The translations under genes and the position numbers were made by a program. From Psychrobacter sp. HD31 (GTDB taxonomy: Bacteria > Pseudomonadota > Gammaproteobacteria > Pseudomonadales > Moraxellaceae): a stretch of 32,000 bases of DNA. The DNA is taken from positions 1,020,001 to 1,052,000 of the forward strand of contig NZ_CP142525.1 of the NCBI RefSeq assembly GCF_051097895.1, given 5' to 3'. Under the pieces are notes generated by a model, which saw nothing but the letters and a program-made list of their open reading frames with translations, was not told the DNA's origin and searched no databases. The stretch's first letter is position 1; the number at the start of each line of letters is the position of its first letter. This document shows, piece after piece, positions 29,154 through 32,000 of this stretch.

Positions 29154-29715
29154 ATGGCGTTGCCGAAACCGCTTCGGTTAAATTAACCCCCACCAAACAC
29201 TGTAAATCTTGATTAATGTTGGTCAAAAATACGGTCTTATTGGGGTTTCTTTTGTATTCAAAATAACGGGTTTTATCGCCTAGCGTACCAATTTGATTAT
29301 ATTTTTTAAATGCTTCTTCACGCGCTGCCATACAAGGCGTGTCTAGCTGATAACTAAGCTTATAATCAACAACACATTCTCCACCCTGATTTTGATAAGC
29401 ACCAAAGCTTACATGGGCTGGTCTGTCATTATATTCAAGCACACCTGTTATGTTTAATTGGCTATCACTTGCCTGTTGCAAATGTAAGTAATGTTTTTTT
29501 TGTAAAATTAACTCACCACCCACTGTTAATACAGCATCTTTACAAACATACCCTGCTGGAACAAGCTCATTTAACTGGGTAAATACTGGGCGCGCTTGTT
29601 CTTCTTCACCACTGCTACCACAAGCAGCTAGTAAAACACAGCCAAAAAGCACTGCTAACTTAGCAATGCCTGTTGGTTTATTATTAGAATTATTAATCAC
29701 TGTAGTTGACTTCAT
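29152..29715 (-). CDS. Hypothetical lipoprotein (187 aa), last gene of the haem/copper operon
   Basis: Lipobox LLAAC/GSS. The mature part has 4 Cys (YVCKD, GECVV, TPCMA, LQCLV) and no family motif I recognise. Starts 8 nt after the PCu(A)C stop. Confidence 0.6.
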   Translation of the reverse strand: MKSTTVINNSNNKPTGIAKLAVLFGCVLLAACGSSGEEEQARPVFTQLNELVPAGYVCKDAVLTVGGELILQKKHYLHLQQASDSQLNITGVLEYNDRPAHVSFGAYQNQGGECVVDYKLSYQLDTPCMAAREEAFKKYNQIGTLGDKTRYFEYKRNPNKTVFLTNINQDLQCLVGVNLTEAVSATP

Positions 29716-29723
29716 ACTAAAAA

Positions 29724-30347
29724 TTAGTTTGCCTTTTCTTCATCATGCTTATGATCGTGCTCTGAATGATCATGCTCGGCACCATCATGGTTATGGGCAT
29801 CATCTTTCATGTCATGTCCTTCATGGTGCATATGATTCATTTCATCTTTAGATTTAGCAACATCGGCACTCAACTTAAGCTTCTCACCATTACTTAACTC
29901 GATGCTCACATTCACTTTATCACCTTCTACCAATGGTTTTTTAAGGTTGATAAACATTAAGTGATTGCCACCTTGTTTTAACGCCATATTGCCATTTGCT
30001 GGGATAACAACTTTGTCCATCTTACGCATGATCATTTTACTGTCTTTCATTTCCATTGTATGGAACTCAGTTACAGCCGAAACATCAGAACTAACAGCCG
30101 TTACTTCAACATCTTCGCCACCATGGTTAGTAAGAGTAAAGTAAGCAGCAGAAACTGACTGACCAGGGAATGATTCACTCACAAAAGGAGTATCTACAGT
30201 AACACCACCTTGTGCGGTTTGTTCGGCATTTTGTTTCGCCTGTTCTGCTACCGTTTGTTGATTTTCTTCTGCTACTTCTTGCTTATTACAGGCTGTTAAA
30301 CCTGTTGCCAAAATACCAGTTAATGCCAATGTGTATAGTTTTTTCAT
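29724..30347 (-). CDS. Periplasmic copper chaperone PCu(A)C (DUF461) lipoprotein with His/Asp-rich C-terminal tail
   Basis: Lipobox GLTAC. Exact H-X10-M-X21-H-X-M Cu(I) motif (FHTMEMKDSKMIM...GGNHLM, spacing counted). Tail MNHMHHEGHDMKDDAHNHDGAEHDHSEHDHKHDEEKAN. SD AGGAGA. Confidence 0.9.
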   Translation of the reverse strand: MKKLYTLALTGILATGLTACNKQEVAEENQQTVAEQAKQNAEQTAQGGVTVDTPFVSESFPGQSVSAAYFTLTNHGGEDVEVTAVSSDVSAVTEFHTMEMKDSKMIMRKMDKVVIPANGNMALKQGGNHLMFINLKKPLVEGDKVNVSIELSNGEKLKLSADVAKSKDEMNHMHHEGHDMKDDAHNHDGAEHDHSEHDHKHDEEKAN

Positions 30348-30388
30348 AATATTCTCCTGAGGATAAATGTACTTTGTAAAACAAATTT

Positions 30389-31054
30389 TTATTTAATGTC
30401 TGCTTCCTGCTGCATACGTTTGATGCGGGCTGCAAGCTCTGTTGGTGTTGTACTGTGGTTCATAGTCGTAATTAGTTTACCATTACCATCAATCATATAA
30501 AAACGAGACGAATGGTCAACCGTATAACCAAGTCCAGATCCTTCTAGATCAACTAAGTCAAAAAATACGCCATAATCATCACTTACCTTATCAATTTCGT
30601 CTTCTGTACCTGTAATTGCCATAATAATGTTAGGGTTCGCTTCGTTTTTAAAACGCTTGGCATAATAATCAGAAAACTGTTTTAACGATTCTAAATCATC
30701 TCTGGCTGGATCTACACTAATAAAAAATACTTGGAGTTTTTCACGCTCTTCATGGTTTAACCGACCAATGGCACTAACAATCGTCCCCATTGATACAGGG
30801 CAAGCTTCTGTACAATTTAGAAAACCAAAATAGGCAATAACAACTTTACCTTTATAATCACTAAGAGAAATCTCTCCCATGTGGTTTCGTAAAGTAAACT
30901 CACCACCATATTCAGAAACATCTTTAAACTTCTCTCCCAGTGGTTGGTCTGATGTTGCCGCAGCAAAAATACCAATACCACACATGAGTATAAACATAAT
31001 GGTTGCAAATAAAGAAACTTTACGACGGGTTGATAAACGATCAAAAATAGCCAT
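30389..31054 (-). CDS. SCO1/SenC thioredoxin-fold copper chaperone
   Basis: N-terminal TM anchor. CxxxC motif FLNCTEACP and the downstream conserved His (TVDHSSRFY). SD GGAGG. Confidence 0.9.
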   Translation of the reverse strand: MAIFDRLSTRRKVSLFATIMFILMCGIGIFAAATSDQPLGEKFKDVSEYGGEFTLRNHMGEISLSDYKGKVVIAYFGFLNCTEACPVSMGTIVSAIGRLNHEEREKLQVFFISVDPARDDLESLKQFSDYYAKRFKNEANPNIIMAITGTEDEIDKVSDDYGVFFDLVDLEGSGLGYTVDHSSRFYMIDGNGKLITTMNHSTTPTELAARIKRMQQEADIK

Positions 31055-31071
31055 GGCTACCTCCGATTAAC

Positions 31072-31974
31072 TTAAATAAAAAGAAAGTCTAAAGAAAGAA
31101 CGAGACTATAGACACTAACAGCAAGAATAGAGGTTAAAAATAATTTTTTACCCCAAACACGTTCGTCAAAATCATCATTTTGAGGCTGATAAAGTGAGAC
31201 TGTTTGATACATCCAAAAGACACAGATGCCACTTAACACAATCACAGAAACATAACCAATATAGCCAAACCAAAACAATAAAATAATAGACAGCCAGTAG
31301 AGTGCTGTATAAAACAGCATTTGTTTTTGAGCAGATTTAACACCTTTTACCAAAGGCAATAATGGAATTTTAGAAGCTTTGTAATCTGTTGTTCTAAAAA
31401 TAGCAATTGCATAAGAGTGTGGCATTTGCCAAGCACAAAAACCTAAAAAGATAAGTATTGCAGCTAAATCAAATTGCCCTGTGACAGCCAAATAACCGAT
31501 TACTGGGGGCGCAGCGCCAGATGCACTGCCAATCAGTGTGCCATGTACAGAGCTTCTTTTGTAAAAAACACTGTACATAACAACATATACATAAAAACCA
31601 AATAACCCTGTTAAAAAAGCAGGGAATGTTGTAAAAAAATACAAAACTAAAAAACCAGCCATACCAAGTGCATAAGCATATAGCATCGCTGATTTTTTAG
31701 TGATTTTACCGACAACTAGTGCTCTTTTTTGAGTACGAGTCATCAGTGAATCAATATCTGTATCAATAATGTTATTAAAGACGCAGCCTGATGCAACAAT
31801 CAAGCTCACACCTAAAATAGTAAGCGCATATAAAGCAAGGTCTAAACTGCCACCGGAAGCAAGCATAAAGCCGCCAGTTGCTGCTATACAATTGCCCCAA
31901 ATAATGCCAGGTTTGGCAAGATGATAATAAGCTTTAATCATATCACTGCTTATAATACGCTCAGCCTGAATCAT
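31072..31974 (-). CDS. cyoE: Protoheme IX farnesyltransferase (heme O synthase)
   Basis: UbiA-family polytopic membrane protein with NNIIDTDIDSLMTRTQKRAL (the NxxxDxxxD-type motif of CyoE/CtaB). Followed by sco1. Confidence 0.9.
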   Translation of the reverse strand: MIQAERIISSDMIKAYYHLAKPGIIWGNCIAATGGFMLASGGSLDLALYALTILGVSLIVASGCVFNNIIDTDIDSLMTRTQKRALVVGKITKKSAMLYAYALGMAGFLVLYFFTTFPAFLTGLFGFYVYVVMYSVFYKRSSVHGTLIGSASGAAPPVIGYLAVTGQFDLAAILIFLGFCAWQMPHSYAIAIFRTTDYKASKIPLLPLVKGVKSAQKQMLFYTALYWLSIILLFWFGYIGYVSVIVLSGICVFWMYQTVSLYQPQNDDFDERVWGKKLFLTSILAVSVYSLVLSLDFLFI

Positions 31975-32000
31975 TAATTAATGACCCATTAACATATTGT

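Noticed and set aside
103-31070. Many 60-108-aa ORFs nested antisense or out of frame inside larger genes, e.g. 103..303, 841..1035, 974..1219, 1254..1487, 3687..3890, 3924..4112, 7657..7923, 8969..9166, 9736..9924, 10295..10561, 10761..10961, 11166..11378, 11582..11764, 12242..12439, 13412..13738, 15622..15912, 15949..16149, 16194..16382, 17495..17746, 18034..18276, 18290..18514, 20013..20243, 20250..20498, 20955..21149, 21632..21841, 23044..23307, 23779..24061, 24197..24403, 24995..25222, 25308..25526, 27492..27686, 29666..29851, 30817..31070.
   Set aside because: Each overlaps a longer ORF with clear homology or motifs. Their translations are low-complexity or Cys/Leu-rich shadow-frame sequence, and they lack an RBS. 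I have no evidence of overprinted genes.
31978-32000. A possible 3' end of another - strand gene (...NMLMGH-stop) just upstream of cyoE, perhaps heme A synthase or an oxidase-assembly gene.
   Set aside because: Only 7 codons are visible, so no call is possible.

Overview
This window is a chromosomal, mostly housekeeping segment of an AT-rich Gram-negative gammaproteobacterium. Gene order and a Moraxella-style [10 protein letters not shown] autotransporter leader suggest Moraxellaceae, but that is inference only. I can support 27 protein-coding genes (one truncated at the left edge and absent from the ORF track), nine hairpin terminators, one candidate promoter, one perfect 13 x 18-bp in-frame tandem repeat and several intergenic palindromes. 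Layout, left to right: amgK-like kinase (-); lptD-surA (+); nlpD-like M23/LysM lipoprotein (-); an orphan secreted ORF and a DD-carboxypeptidase (+); glyS followed by the conserved block rlmN-pilW-rodZ-ispG-hisS-yfgM-der (all -); a PPP phosphatase and an autotransporter (+), the only clearly accessory-looking part; purE-purK, a lipase-like hydrolase, dapD, queE-UPF0126 and a TrmH-family methylase (+); and a cyoE-sco1-pcuAC-lipoprotein haem/copper operon (-). I saw no rRNA or tRNA genes, CRISPR array, transposase, integrase, phage genes or recognisable defence genes, so I do not claim a new multi-gene system. The best leads are: (1) the autotransporter with an unassignable passenger and a perfectly homogeneous (EPTPDP)13 stalk, flanked by an 11-bp direct repeat; (2) an uncharacterised Cys-containing lipoprotein coupled to the PCu(A)C/Sco1 copper-delivery genes; (3) an orphan secreted protein set in unusually long AT-rich spacers between two cell-wall enzymes; (4) synteny anomalies, namely an empty bamB slot and glyS without glyQ; (5) a 34-bp palindrome upstream of dapD. 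All homology calls come from motif and sequence recognition by eye; no database search was possible.
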